In this document: positions 26,047 through 36,349 of the stretch, piece after piece
Layout of the letters: each line of letters begins with the position of its first letter
Numbering within the stretch: position 1 is the stretch's first letter
DNA from: an uncultured Candidatus Saccharibacteria bacterium
GTDB taxonomy: Bacteria; Patescibacteriota; Minisyncoccia; Portnoybacterales; UBA2143
Direction: 5' to 3'
DNA length: 64,000 nucleotides
NCBI GenBank assembly: GCA_964556655.1
Contig: CAZKWY010000001.1
Span: 7,528 to 71,527 of the forward strand
The notes under the pieces: generated by a model
Databases searched by the model: none
Seen by the model: only the letters and a program-made list of their open reading frames with translations
Told to the model about the DNA's origin: nothing
Made by a program: the position numbers and the translations under genes

Positions 26047-27558
26047 ATGACCGCAAAGAGAACAGCTAAGCTAATAATGATTATAACCGTTTTTAGCGCG
26101 GGCGTTTTTTTGGCGCCCTTAAAAAGCCAAGCGGCTGTACCAGTAGTCGTTTTTGGAGAATACCTTAATCAAATTAAAACCGTTTCCGATATCTCTGATA
26201 CCGATCCGGAAGCAGATCTTCAATCAAAAATTATCGGCGAAAGAGAATACACCGAAGGAGATCCCTATAACGCCACTGTTACTCATACACAGAAAATGCA
26301 AGGATCACCTGACGACAAAGAAATCGTCCTTGACAGCCTTTTAGATAATATCAACGAAAGGATCGTAGAGCTTGAAAGAGCTATTGCCGAAGAAGAAAAC
26401 AAAGAAGATTCTAATAAAGCGCTAATCGACACCATGGAAGAAAGCGTTGGAGAGCTGACAGCTCTACGCGCTAGAATTAACTCTTTAAAAAGCCAACTAG
26501 CAGAAAGCGTAGCCCTTGATGTTCATATTGTCAAAGATACTTCTGATACTCTTGACGACTTAAAAGCGCTGGCAAGAGAAAAGCTGGCCAGAACACAGGT
26601 TTCAGAATTAAGCCGCGCCTTTAATAACCAATACGAAGAGACCATTATTAGAAATTTCCACGACTATATGTATCAAGAGCCGGTCCAAAGCGCCTATAAC
26701 TATTTAGATAATGTCCATTTCAAAGCAGACGAAACTGTTATGAGCGAAGAGAAAAAGGAAGCTATGAGCGTTGCCGTAAAAAGAAGCCTTGTTTCTTCAT
26801 ATTCTGACCCCGCGCTTCCGGAAAAAGATCCTGAATTTGTCGGTATAGAAAACATTTTTAAAAAAGAAGAGGGCGGCGGATGGGACCAATGGCGGCTAGC
26901 CCTCAAACCTAATAATAACGATTACGGCATTTTCTTTTCTGCCAAAAAAGCAGCCCAAGAATTAGCAGAAAGCAAAAAAGAAGAACAAATCACTAAAACA
27001 CTAGCCTATCAAGGCATTAAGCCCATTACTGGCGAAAACGAAAAAGGGGAGCTTGGACCAGGCGGCAATAGCAAAGAAGAAATTCAAGTTCCAGGCAGTT
27101 TAATCGCCTCCAACAAAGCGGCCGTTACCGAAGCCCAGTTTAACTTAGCGGCTACGCCGGAATACGCCGCTCCCCAAGACGCTCTAGGCGCTCCCGGCCA
27201 AACTCCTGAACCGCCCTACAAAGACGTCACCGCCGGAACGGCCAGCCAGGAAAATATTGTCTGGTGGAATAATGTAGCAGCAGACAGCCTTAGCGCTTTA
27301 GAAGATATTTTCTGCGCCTGCTTCCCTGAATTCTGCCGCAGCTATGAAATTTTTGACTTAAGCGGCATTATTCCTGGACTTAAAGTTCCCAGCGTTAATA
27401 TTTGCGGAAGAAGTTTTGATGTTTGCCGCTATTATCCTGAAATGTGCGAGAGCCTTTTAGGCCCGCTTGAAGGCCTTTTAGACAACTTAAACGACTTAAC
27501 CGATGTTAACGTTACCATTCCAGGCCTGCCCGACATTCTGGACGATATCGGAATTTAA
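26047..27558 (+). CDS. Secreted hypothetical protein (coiled coil, Cys-containing tail)
   Basis: Signal peptide (SQA/AVPV), GGWDQW motif; adjoins the T4SS-like cluster. Confidence 0.7.
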   Translation: MTAKRTAKLIMIITVFSAGVFLAPLKSQAAVPVVVFGEYLNQIKTVSDISDTDPEADLQSKIIGEREYTEGDPYNATVTHTQKMQGSPDDKEIVLDSLLDNINERIVELERAIAEEENKEDSNKALIDTMEESVGELTALRARINSLKSQLAESVALDVHIVKDTSDTLDDLKALAREKLARTQVSELSRAFNNQYEETIIRNFHDYMYQEPVQSAYNYLDNVHFKADETVMSEEKKEAMSVAVKRSLVSSYSDPALPEKDPEFVGIENIFKKEEGGGWDQWRLALKPNNNDYGIFFSAKKAAQELAESKKEEQITKTLAYQGIKPITGENEKGELGPGGNSKEEIQVPGSLIASNKAAVTEAQFNLAATPEYAAPQDALGAPGQTPEPPYKDVTAGTASQENIVWWNNVAADSLSALEDIFCACFPEFCRSYEIFDLSGIIPGLKVPSVNICGRSFDVCRYYPEMCESLLGPLEGLLDNLNDLTDVNVTIPGLPDILDDIGI

Positions 27559-27573
27559 TAACAAACGATCATT

Positions 27574-28392
27574 ATGTTCAGCCTTAAACAGCTTCTCGCC
27601 ATCTGTCTAGGATTATCAGCAATAATTTTTTTAAATAGTATTGATATTAACAGCCACAAACAAAACAACCTCTCGCCCCAACAAGCTTCTCTGCCCGAAC
27701 CCAGCCTTTTGCCCCTAACAGAAAACAAGGCTTCGCTGGAATATTCCTCCCAAAACACCCTCGCAGAAGAAATTAAAACTATTGCCCAAAAAATAAACTA
27801 TTACAGCAAGGAAGATAATGAAGACGACGTTTGCGAAGCGACATTCCTAATTGAAGAAGACAGTCCCGAAATAAGAAACAACATCCAAGCAGTCTTTGAC
27901 TGGGTAGGCAAGGAAAAAGAAGTTTCTAAAGCTCAGGATCAAGGCATGGAAGCGCCCCAGGAAATAGTTGAAGGGACAAAAGATGTTGTTAGGTCTAGAA
28001 TTAAAGAAGCGGAAAGAATGATTGAAGAAATAGAAGAAAAAAAAGAAGAAGCGGCTCTGTCTATTGAAGAAATGGTCCAGATCCAACACTACCAACAACA
28101 AATTGACTATATCGACGAAATGGTAAAAAAACTGAAAAGAACGATGTCTTTAATAAGCACATCTAATAAAATTCCCTTGGGCATGCAATGCGGAGACGGA
28201 ACACATCCTAAAGAAGGTATTGGCCATAGTTTTTTTGCCTTTTGCTGTTCTGACTGCTGCCTATCGTGCCTGCCTAAATGCTGTTATTGCGGATGCTGCA
28301 TCCCCAGCTGTGAAGTATTGTGCCAATGCCTCTACGGATCATCTGCCTATTTATGGGACTCTGTAACCGGCACTTGCGGATGCGGCAATTAA
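27574..28392 (+). CDS. Secreted protein with very Cys-rich C-terminus
   Basis: 16 Cys in the last ~67 residues, ends WDSVTGTCGCGN. Confidence 0.75.
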   Translation: MFSLKQLLAICLGLSAIIFLNSIDINSHKQNNLSPQQASLPEPSLLPLTENKASLEYSSQNTLAEEIKTIAQKINYYSKEDNEDDVCEATFLIEEDSPEIRNNIQAVFDWVGKEKEVSKAQDQGMEAPQEIVEGTKDVVRSRIKEAERMIEEIEEKKEEAALSIEEMVQIQHYQQQIDYIDEMVKKLKRTMSLISTSNKIPLGMQCGDGTHPKEGIGHSFFAFCCSDCCLSCLPKCCYCGCCIPSCEVLCQCLYGSSAYLWDSVTGTCGCGN

Positions 28393-28399
28393 AAACTTT

Positions 28400-30280
28400 A
28401 TGAAAGGAAAAAAGACAATAAAAAACAAGAAAAAAATTTTGGGCGTTTTCCTCGTTTTTATTTTTCTTTTTTCTTCTTTTCTTACCGCGCCCGCCGCTAA
28501 AGCTCAAACTTTTGCAGACTTCGGACCCGGAGGAGGACTGGGCAGTTATACAGTAGGAAAATACATAGGGAACAAAGCTTTGGGAGCAATAGGAGACGCC
28601 TTTCAATGGCTCCTTGAAAAAGCGCTTATGATTGTAGGAGGACTAATGGCCTTAGTAGGAGAATTGTTTGACTACGCCCTCAACATCAGCAGTTTTACTG
28701 ATTCGCCCACTATCCGGGCCGGATGGGAAATAAGCAGGGACATCGTTAATTTATCCCTTATTCTCATCCTTTTAGTAATTGCCTTTGCTACAACCTTAAA
28801 AATTGATAACTACAGCATGAAAAGCCTTCTACCCAAGCTGATTGGCGTAGCTCTTTTGGTTAATTTTAGTTTAGTGGGATGCGGTCTGGTGATTGATTTT
28901 ACTCAATTAATAGCTGGTTTTTTCATAGAAAAAGCTGGCGGATCTTTTTCGGTAGAGCTTATGAGGGGGATAGAACTGCAAAAAGCGATCCAAATGAACG
29001 AAGAAGGAGTTAGAGAAATTGCCACTAATCCAGACCCGTCAGGGAAAGTTATCGTCAGCCTTATAGGAAGCATTATTGTCATCCTTATTGCCACTCTAGC
29101 CCTTTTTCTAGGAGCGTTGCTCATGATTTTTAGAGTGGCCGCTCTATGGATTCTACTTATTTTGGTCCCCTTGGCGCTAATGGCAATGATTTTACCTGCT
29201 ACTCGCGGATCTTGGAATTCATGGGTCAATCAATTTTTAAAATGGTCGTTTTTCGCTCCTCTTTATGCTTTCTTTGTTTATCTCGCCCTTTTGACTGCCC
29301 AAAAAGGGTTGGTCACTCAATATATTACTTCAACCGGAACTGGAAGCAAAGACGGCCAGCAGGCTACCGTTGCCGGACTTAATGGTTTTTCCAACATTGA
29401 TTTGATCCTTAATTATGCTGTAGTAATAGGATTTGTAGTCGGCGGATTGATCGTAGCCCAAAAAATGGGCATAAAAGGATCTAACTTCACCATGAGAACA
29501 GCCAAAGGGTTTGGCGAAAAAGCGAAAAAAATAGGCAAAAGAACAAGCATGGCTCCCGTTAAATGGGCTGGCCGAACGGCGGCCACAAGCGGAGCCATGA
29601 AAAAACTGACTGAAAGCGCGAGTGAAAGCAGATTTGGCAAAAAAATCTCTAAGCCGCTCCAACAATTCACTGAAAAAGAGAGAAAAGCTATGGCAGAATC
29701 AGAGAAGAAGTTTGACGACTTTACCGATGAAAACGTGGTCAGAAGATTTCGCGCAGGGAACCCACGCGAAAAAGCAGCCGCGGCTAAAATACTGGCCAAA
29801 AGAAAAAAGACAAACCTCTTAAATAGAAAAGGAGAAATGGACAAAGCAATGAAATTGGCCAGAAGATACAATGTCCAAGGAGATTTGGAAAAAGCGCGTC
29901 TTGACTTAGCCGCTGACGTCGACAAAACTATTGCCGGACTTAAGCTTAATGATACAGAAAAAATCCAGTCGGAAAAAATAACCCCCGAAATTGCCAGAAA
30001 ATTCACTGCTCAGTTTGAAGCAGGAGGCAATTTTAAAAGCAAGTTCCTAGAAAAAATAGGCGAGACAAACCCAGCCCTCATAGACAAGCTAGAATCAGGC
30101 CTCAAGGAACGCTGGACCGCATTGCGTCCAGAAATTAAAAAATACTTTATGGGCCCGGGAGGACAAGCTTTATGGAATGTCGCTCCTTCAGAAAGAGAAA
30201 CCTCCGAAGGCCCAACGACTACAACTAATAGGATAACCAAACATGGAAAAATACAAAGCGAAAAAATACGTCCAGCCTGA
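28400..30280 (+). CDS. VirB6/TrbL-like polytopic membrane protein
   Basis: GWEISRDIVN..LLVNFS..FRVAALWILLILVPLA; lies upstream of prgI/virB4. Confidence 0.75.
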   Translation: MKGKKTIKNKKKILGVFLVFIFLFSSFLTAPAAKAQTFADFGPGGGLGSYTVGKYIGNKALGAIGDAFQWLLEKALMIVGGLMALVGELFDYALNISSFTDSPTIRAGWEISRDIVNLSLILILLVIAFATTLKIDNYSMKSLLPKLIGVALLVNFSLVGCGLVIDFTQLIAGFFIEKAGGSFSVELMRGIELQKAIQMNEEGVREIATNPDPSGKVIVSLIGSIIVILIATLALFLGALLMIFRVAALWILLILVPLALMAMILPATRGSWNSWVNQFLKWSFFAPLYAFFVYLALLTAQKGLVTQYITSTGTGSKDGQQATVAGLNGFSNIDLILNYAVVIGFVVGGLIVAQKMGIKGSNFTMRTAKGFGEKAKKIGKRTSMAPVKWAGRTAATSGAMKKLTESASESRFGKKISKPLQQFTEKERKAMAESEKKFDDFTDENVVRRFRAGNPREKAAAAKILAKRKKTNLLNRKGEMDKAMKLARRYNVQGDLEKARLDLAADVDKTIAGLKLNDTEKIQSEKITPEIARKFTAQFEAGGNFKSKFLEKIGETNPALIDKLESGLKERWTALRPEIKKYFMGPGGQALWNVAPSERETSEGPTTTTNRITKHGKIQSEKIRPA

Positions 30281-30752
30281 AGAAAAGCTGGAGGAGATAA
30301 AAAATCCTAGACGAAAAGAAGTTTTTCGCCGCTATTTTAATCTTCCGCCAAAATTAAGAGAAACTCTTTTAAGCACAGAAACGGCCGAAAAGATGTTTCA
30401 GGCGGCAAGAAAAAACAGCTTAAACGAAACCCAGCACTGCCAAGCATCTTGGGCGGCAGGAATGATTATCTTAGGCGAAATTAATATCGTTAATTTCGTC
30501 AAGAAGCTGGAAGAGAAAAGCGGCTTAGAGAAAGAAAGCGCCCGCCAGCTGGCAAGAGATATTAATCAACTCATTTTTTTGCCAGTTAAAGAAGAGCTCA
30601 AAAAAATTCATCATATAGAAGAATGGCCCAGAGAAAAAGAAGCTTCTCCAGCCCCAGAGAAACCTGCCATGCCCGAACCGGAACCAAAAAAACAAAAAGA
30701 AGCTCCTTCCGGCAACGGAAGAATAGTAGATTTAAAAAATAATATTTATTAA
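30243..30752 (+). CDS. Hypothetical protein of the T4SS-like cluster
   Basis: Operonic ORF, LPPKLRE..INQLIFLP..IVDLK. Confidence 0.7.
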   Translation: MEKYKAKKYVQPEEKLEEIKNPRRKEVFRRYFNLPPKLRETLLSTETAEKMFQAARKNSLNETQHCQASWAAGMIILGEINIVNFVKKLEEKSGLEKESARQLARDINQLIFLPVKEELKKIHHIEEWPREKEASPAPEKPAMPEPEPKKQKEAPSGNGRIVDLKNNIY

Positions 30753-30758
30753 TGGGTT

Positions 30759-31055
30759 ATGCAATTTAAAGTGCCACAATTTATTGAAATGGAAGATAAG
30801 ATTGTCGGCCCCTTCACCTTAAAACAGTTTCTCTATCTGGCAGGAGGAACGGGCGTTCTTTTTGTTTTATGGTTTATTCTAAGATTGGGCGCTTTTATTA
30901 TTGCCGCTATTCCTGTTGGCGCCGCCTCTTTATTGCTGGCTTTTCGCAAGGTAAACGGCCGGCCCTTTATCAGTTTTTTAGGCTCTTTTTTTAAATATCT
31001 TAGCAAGCCTAAAATATATCTTTGGCGCAGGAACAATAATAATAATTTTTCCTAA
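30759..31055 (+). CDS. prgI: PrgI family (VirB3-like) protein
   Basis: MQFKVPQFIEMEDKIVGPFTLKQF, 2 TM helices. Confidence 0.88.
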   Translation: MQFKVPQFIEMEDKIVGPFTLKQFLYLAGGTGVLFVLWFILRLGAFIIAAIPVGAASLLLAFRKVNGRPFISFLGSFFKYLSKPKIYLWRRNNNNNFS

Positions 31056-31058
31056 ATT

Positions 31059-31712
31059 ATGGCCTTATCAGACAACAGCACTCCCATTCAAAAACACCTA
31101 GACATTAAAGAAATTAAAAACGATGTAATCATCCTTAAGAGCAAAGAGTTAAGGGCTGTTTTGATGGCCAACAGCTTAAATTTTTCCCTCAAATCAGCTG
31201 AAGAACAAGACGCTATTGTCTATCGCTACCAAGAATTTCTTAATTCGCTTGATTTTTCTATCCAGATTTTAACTTCCTCAAGGCAATTTGACATTACTGA
31301 ATATATTGAGTCACTGGAGAAAAGACAGGCGCGCCAAGAAAACGATTTGTTAAAAATTCAAACTGCTGAATATATTGACTTTATTAAAAGCCTTTCGGAA
31401 ATAGCTAACATCATGGCCAGTTCTTTTTATCTGGTTGTTCCTTACACGCCTAATGTTTTTAAAAAAGGAGGCTTTTTAAGCGGCCTCTTTGGCAAAAAAA
31501 AGAAATCAGAGGCAGAAAACCAGCATTTCCAGACTTTGAAAAACAGCCTCTGGCAAAGAGTAGAATTCGTGGCTACCGGCCTTAGCTCTATGGGCATCCG
31601 CACTGCTCCCTTAAAAACCGATGAATTGATTGAGCTTTTTTACAAACTTTACAATCCCGGCGCGAAAGAAGAACCTGAGCTGCCTAGAAATAAAAAACTT
31701 AAACTGGAATAA
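31059..31712 (+). CDS. VirB4/TraC N-terminal-like accessory protein
   Basis: NFSLKSAEEQ..FLNSLDF..ELFYKLYNP; sits between prgI and virB4. Confidence 0.75.
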   Translation: MALSDNSTPIQKHLDIKEIKNDVIILKSKELRAVLMANSLNFSLKSAEEQDAIVYRYQEFLNSLDFSIQILTSSRQFDITEYIESLEKRQARQENDLLKIQTAEYIDFIKSLSEIANIMASSFYLVVPYTPNVFKKGGFLSGLFGKKKKSEAENQHFQTLKNSLWQRVEFVATGLSSMGIRTAPLKTDELIELFYKLYNPGAKEEPELPRNKKLKLE

Positions 31713-31714
31713 TT

Positions 31715-33526
31715 ATGGCTTGGTTTAATAAAAACAAAAAAGAAGAGTCTTTCAATTTTAACGGCCAATCTTTAGATCTTACAGATTTAATCGCCCCGGC
31801 GGCTTTAAAGATTGACTCTAACTATATCCAGCTGGGAGAAAAATACGGCCGGACTATTTTTGTTTTTAGCTACCCGCAAGCCCTTACTACAGGATGGCTT
31901 TCTCCCATTATTACCCTCGACCAAGAAACTAATATTTCTCTTTTTATCCATCCTGTAGACACTAGCGACATCTTGAAAAAAATGACCAAAAGGGTAGCTG
32001 AAATTCAGTCTCAGGTCTCTTTACAAATGGAAAAAGGCAAAGTGCGAGACCCCAAACTAGAAGCGGCTTTGCGCAATGTGGAAGAATTGCGCGACCGCCT
32101 CTTGCAAGGACAGGAAAAACTTTTTAAATTCGGCCTTTATATCACCTTCTTCTCTCGGTCGGTAAAAGAGCTTGATGATATTGAAACCCGCATTAGAGCG
32201 CTTTTAGAAAACCAAATTATTTATGCTAAACCGGCTATTTTTCAACAGGAAGAAGGATTTACTTCAACTCTACCCTTAGGCAGCGACAAGCTCTACATCA
32301 ATAACAGCCTTAACACCGGCCCTCTTTCCTCGGCCTTTCCCTTTGTTTCCTCTGACTTAACTGATAACAAAGGAGTTCTTTACGGCATTAACCGACACAA
32401 TAATTCTCTGATCCTTTTTGACAGATTTAGCCTAGAAAACGCCAATATGGTTGTTTTTGCCAAATCTGGCTCGGGGAAAAGCTATTCCGTAAAACTAGAG
32501 GTGCTAAGATCGTTAATGCAGGATACCGAAGTAATTATTGTTGATCCAGAAAAAGAGTATAAATATCTTACCGAAACAGTAGACGGCTCTTTTATTGACA
32601 TCTCTCTAGCTTCACCCAACCACCTAAACCCTTTTGATCTGCCTCTTCCCGGACCCGACGAAAACCCAGCCGACCTACTCAAAGGAAATATTATTAACCT
32701 TGTCGGTCTCTTGCGCATTATGCTGGGCGGACTGACTCCAGAAGAAGACTCTATTATTGACCGCGCCCTCCATGAAACTTATGCCGCCCGCGACATCACC
32801 CCCAAATCAGATTTCAGTAAAATTAATCCTCCTTTAATGCAAGATCTCTGCACTATTTTAAGGGGCATGGAAGGCGCAGAGGGGCTGATTAATCGGCTAG
32901 AAAAATATATCAGCGGAAGCTACGCGGGGTTTTTTAACCAGCCGACTAATGTTAAACTAGATAAAAAACTAGTCACCTTCAGCATCAGAGACATGGAAGA
33001 AGAGCTAAGGCCGATGGCCACTTATGTTATCCTGCGCTATATTTGGAACATTATTCGTTCGAAAAGAAAGAAGCGCCTGATGGTAGTAGACGAGGCATGG
33101 TGGATGATGCAACACGAAGATGCTGCTTCTTTCTTATTCGGCATTGCCAAAAGATGCCGCAAATACTATCTGGGCCTAACGACTATTACTCAGGACGTTA
33201 CAGATTTTATGAAGTCAAGATACGGCAAACCGATTATCACTAACTCTTCACTCCAACTTCTCCTTAAGCAGTCGCCAGCAGCCATAGATTTGGTCCAGAA
33301 AACATTCAACCTCACCAACCAAGAAAAATATATGATCTTGGAAAGCGCGGTAGGGGAGGGCATCTTTTTCGCTGGCGGCAAACACGCAGCCATAAGGGTT
33401 GTCGCCTCCTACACCGAAGATCAGGTTATTACTTCTGACCCAGCCCAGCTCCAAGAAATTGAACGAGCCAAAAGAGAGCTAGATGAAGAAGAGGGCAATG
33501 GACCGCCTTCTGATAATATTTATTAG
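31715..33526 (+). CDS. virB4: VirB4-like ATPase
   Basis: AKSGSGKS Walker A, VDPEKEY, VVDEAW, TITQD. Confidence 0.9.
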   Translation: MAWFNKNKKEESFNFNGQSLDLTDLIAPAALKIDSNYIQLGEKYGRTIFVFSYPQALTTGWLSPIITLDQETNISLFIHPVDTSDILKKMTKRVAEIQSQVSLQMEKGKVRDPKLEAALRNVEELRDRLLQGQEKLFKFGLYITFFSRSVKELDDIETRIRALLENQIIYAKPAIFQQEEGFTSTLPLGSDKLYINNSLNTGPLSSAFPFVSSDLTDNKGVLYGINRHNNSLILFDRFSLENANMVVFAKSGSGKSYSVKLEVLRSLMQDTEVIIVDPEKEYKYLTETVDGSFIDISLASPNHLNPFDLPLPGPDENPADLLKGNIINLVGLLRIMLGGLTPEEDSIIDRALHETYAARDITPKSDFSKINPPLMQDLCTILRGMEGAEGLINRLEKYISGSYAGFFNQPTNVKLDKKLVTFSIRDMEEELRPMATYVILRYIWNIIRSKRKKRLMVVDEAWWMMQHEDAASFLFGIAKRCRKYYLGLTTITQDVTDFMKSRYGKPIITNSSLQLLLKQSPAAIDLVQKTFNLTNQEKYMILESAVGEGIFFAGGKHAAIRVVASYTEDQVITSDPAQLQEIERAKRELDEEEGNGPPSDNIY

Positions 33527-33528
33527 CC

Positions 33529-33912
33529 ATGCCAGATTACAGCCAATCATTTAATCAAGAAAGAAGCCTTGAAAGAAAAAAAGCTAGAAAAATTTCAGCA
33601 AGAAAAACTGCTGGAAGTCCTCCAAGCGATCTTAGCGGGGTAGAATTTATTGTTTTTGGCAGCATTGCTTTTTTAAATGACGCTTGCGACTGGATAGGAT
33701 TAGACCTGCTTTTATTTAGAGCTCTTGATTTAGCCACCTCTTTTATTCTCGGTTCATGGTGTTGGCTCCGGCTAAAACGCTTTCCTACAACTAGGTTTGC
33801 CTCTACTTTTGCCATAGAAATTATCCCATTAGTCGGAGATGTTTCCCCTGCCTGGACAATTTTTGTCATCAGCCTTTATTTAGAGCAAAGAAAAAATCAT
33901 AACGCAAAATAA
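33529..33912 (+). CDS. Hypothetical membrane protein
   Basis: Hydrophobic segments, IEIIPLVGDVSPAWT. Confidence 0.7.
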   Translation: MPDYSQSFNQERSLERKKARKISARKTAGSPPSDLSGVEFIVFGSIAFLNDACDWIGLDLLLFRALDLATSFILGSWCWLRLKRFPTTRFASTFAIEIIPLVGDVSPAWTIFVISLYLEQRKNHNAK

Positions 33913-34650
33913 ATGAACCGCCAACTAATCAAAAATTTCGCCGCTCTTTTTCTAGTAGCAATTTTTTTTGCTTTTACAATAAGCGTTGGGGCGCAAAATG
34001 CCCCCTCTGCTAGCCCTATTGATCTGTTATGGTCAACAAACGCCTACACTCCTCCTCTGTACCAAGGCAAAGCTCTGCCTATTAGAGAAAGCACAATAGA
34101 AATCGCGGCTATTACTTATTCTACAGACCGGCCCGATAGCGAGCTTTTTTTTAGCTGGTATTTAAACAACCAACTGATGAGAGAAGAATCAGGGCGGGGC
34201 AAAAATACTTTTTCCTTTGAATGTTTCCGTCCTTCTTGCCAGGTCAGGCTCCGGCTTCAAGACGACAACAAGCTGCCTCTTGCGGACAAAGAGATATCTA
34301 TTCCTCTTGTCTCGCCAGAAGTGGTCTTAGAAAAAAGACACTTTTCGTTAGACGGGCCCCGCTTATCAGGCGCCTTTGCCCTAATTTCCGGCCAAGAAAG
34401 CTCCTTTTTTATCCAACCCTACTTTTTTAATATCAACCAGCCCGAAGAGCTGGCCTATGAATGGCGCTTGGGCGATAAAAAAGCTCAAAATACTAGCGGA
34501 GAGAACCCCCAAGAGCTCGTTTTAAGAGTTGATAATATTAAAAAAATCGTTTCTGGGAATCTGTTTTTTAGCGCTATTGACTCCCAGACCAATCAATCAG
34601 CGAAAAACAGCGCTTTGCTTTATTTAATTCCTCAAAATAATGGCCAATAA
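33913..34650 (+). CDS. Secreted Ig-like hypothetical protein
   Basis: Signal peptide, YTPPLYQGKALP, QPYFF. Confidence 0.72.
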   Translation: MNRQLIKNFAALFLVAIFFAFTISVGAQNAPSASPIDLLWSTNAYTPPLYQGKALPIRESTIEIAAITYSTDRPDSELFFSWYLNNQLMREESGRGKNTFSFECFRPSCQVRLRLQDDNKLPLADKEISIPLVSPEVVLEKRHFSLDGPRLSGAFALISGQESSFFIQPYFFNINQPEELAYEWRLGDKKAQNTSGENPQELVLRVDNIKKIVSGNLFFSAIDSQTNQSAKNSALLYLIPQNNGQ

Positions 34651-35251
34651 GTCATCACTGCTTGTTTTTATTATTCTTTTTTCTCTCTTTTCAGCGGCTC
34701 TTCTTTTGGCTCCGGAAAATTCTCTTGCCGAATACGAATTGATCATAGATTATCCGGAACTTCCCTTTGAAAACGCCGGAAGCCCCGAAGAAGGCCTGCT
34801 TAGTTATCTTCGTTATATTTATATGGGAAGTATTAGCATTGTAGCCGCCACTGCCTTGATCATGCTGGTTTATTCCGGCTTTGTTTATATGCTTTCGGAG
34901 TCGGTCACCTCTAAAGAAAGCGCGATAGAAAGGATCCGCTCTGCCCTTTCCGGCCTTCTTTTAGCTTTGATGGCTTTTCTTATCTTAAACACCATCAATC
35001 CAGACTTAGTAAGCTTAAGGGAGCCAAAAGCCGCCCCTATCAATATTGAGGGGTCTGGGAAAGAAACAAATTGGTGGGGAGGAAGATATAAATGTTATTA
35101 TCCAAAAGGAAACGAGGAACCTTATTCTATAACATGCAATGGGGAAAACGAAACAAGCTGTCAGTTAAACTGCGAGGAGGCTTGCAAGGAAGGTTGCGAA
35201 GTAAATTGCGCGCCAGTCAACAATTGCGAGCCATCTCCAGCGTCAGAATAA
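34640..35251 (+). CDS. VirB2/TrbC-like pilin with Cys-rich tail
   Basis: Signal peptide, 2 TM, ILNTINPDL motif. Confidence 0.72.
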   Translation: MANKSSLLVFIILFSLFSAALLLAPENSLAEYELIIDYPELPFENAGSPEEGLLSYLRYIYMGSISIVAATALIMLVYSGFVYMLSESVTSKESAIERIRSALSGLLLALMAFLILNTINPDLVSLREPKAAPINIEGSGKETNWWGGRYKCYYPKGNEEPYSITCNGENETSCQLNCEEACKEGCEVNCAPVNNCEPSPASE

Positions 35252-35257
35252 TAATAT

Positions 35258-36349
35258 ATGTCTTACAAAAATATTCTTATTGGATTAATCATCGCTTTTT
35301 TGGCCAGCCTAGGCGCTTTAATCGCCTATGAGGTCTATTTTAGCGACGAAGAAGAGCCGTCCGGGGGAAAAGAAAAATCCCTCCTTGGCAATCTTAAAAT
35401 TATTTCTGAAGAGCCAGCGTTAGGGCCGATTGTTGACGGACAAAAAGTGAAATACTATCTCCAAAACAACGGCAATGTTTTTCAAGCCAATTTTGACGGA
35501 TCGGACACTAAAAGAATCTCTTCTGATATTTTAGAGGGCCTTGTTAAAGTAATCTGGTCGCCCCAAAAAGACCAAGTCATTACTTTTTTTGAGAAAGAAA
35601 ACAGCATAGAAAAATATCTCTACGATTACCAGAGCCAAAAAGCTCAGCTTTTAGACCAAAACATCAAAGAAATTTCCTGGCATAATCGACAAAACACCAT
35701 AGCTTATCAATATACCAGCCAAGAAACAAATAATATTAGCCTGAAACAATTCGCTCAAGGGCCTCATAAAATTATTTCTAAAACACCGTTAAAAAATCTC
35801 CTCCTTGATTGGCCAAAAGAAAACAAGCTCGCTGCCTCAACGAAAGCCAGCGGACTAGTCCAGGGCTTTATTTATTTAATTGACACTGCTTCCGGCAAAT
35901 GGGAAAAAGCAATGGGAGGAAAATACGGCCTCACTGCCCTTTGGTCGCCCCAAGGCGACAAAATTCTTTTTTCTGAAACCAACGAACAAGGAAAAAAGCT
36001 AAGCCTAAAAATGCTTGACCTTAACAGCCAAAAAACTATAGCCACGGAGTTTGAAACATTGGCTGAGAAGTGCGTCTGGAGCCGCGATAACCGCAGTATT
36101 TTTTGCGCCGTGCCAAAAGAAATTCCTTCTTCTTCAGTTTTGCCAGACGATTACTATAAGGATAAAATAACTTTTTTTGACGATATTTGGTGGATTAATC
36201 TAGACACTCAAGAGACAGAAAAAGTTTTTGATTCTTCAGGGATAAAAGGCGAACCGTATAATATTTCTAAAATTATTCTTTCAGAAACAGAGGACCATCT
36301 TGTTTTCCTTAACAAGCAAGACGGTCACCTTTATTCGCTAGAGCTATAA
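35258..36349 (+). CDS. Membrane-anchored beta-propeller (TolB/WD40-like) protein
   Basis: Repeated WSP motifs, PDDYYK. Confidence 0.72.
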   Translation: MSYKNILIGLIIAFLASLGALIAYEVYFSDEEEPSGGKEKSLLGNLKIISEEPALGPIVDGQKVKYYLQNNGNVFQANFDGSDTKRISSDILEGLVKVIWSPQKDQVITFFEKENSIEKYLYDYQSQKAQLLDQNIKEISWHNRQNTIAYQYTSQETNNISLKQFAQGPHKIISKTPLKNLLLDWPKENKLAASTKASGLVQGFIYLIDTASGKWEKAMGGKYGLTALWSPQGDKILFSETNEQGKKLSLKMLDLNSQKTIATEFETLAEKCVWSRDNRSIFCAVPKEIPSSSVLPDDYYKDKITFFDDIWWINLDTQETEKVFDSSGIKGEPYNISKIILSETEDHLVFLNKQDGHLYSLEL

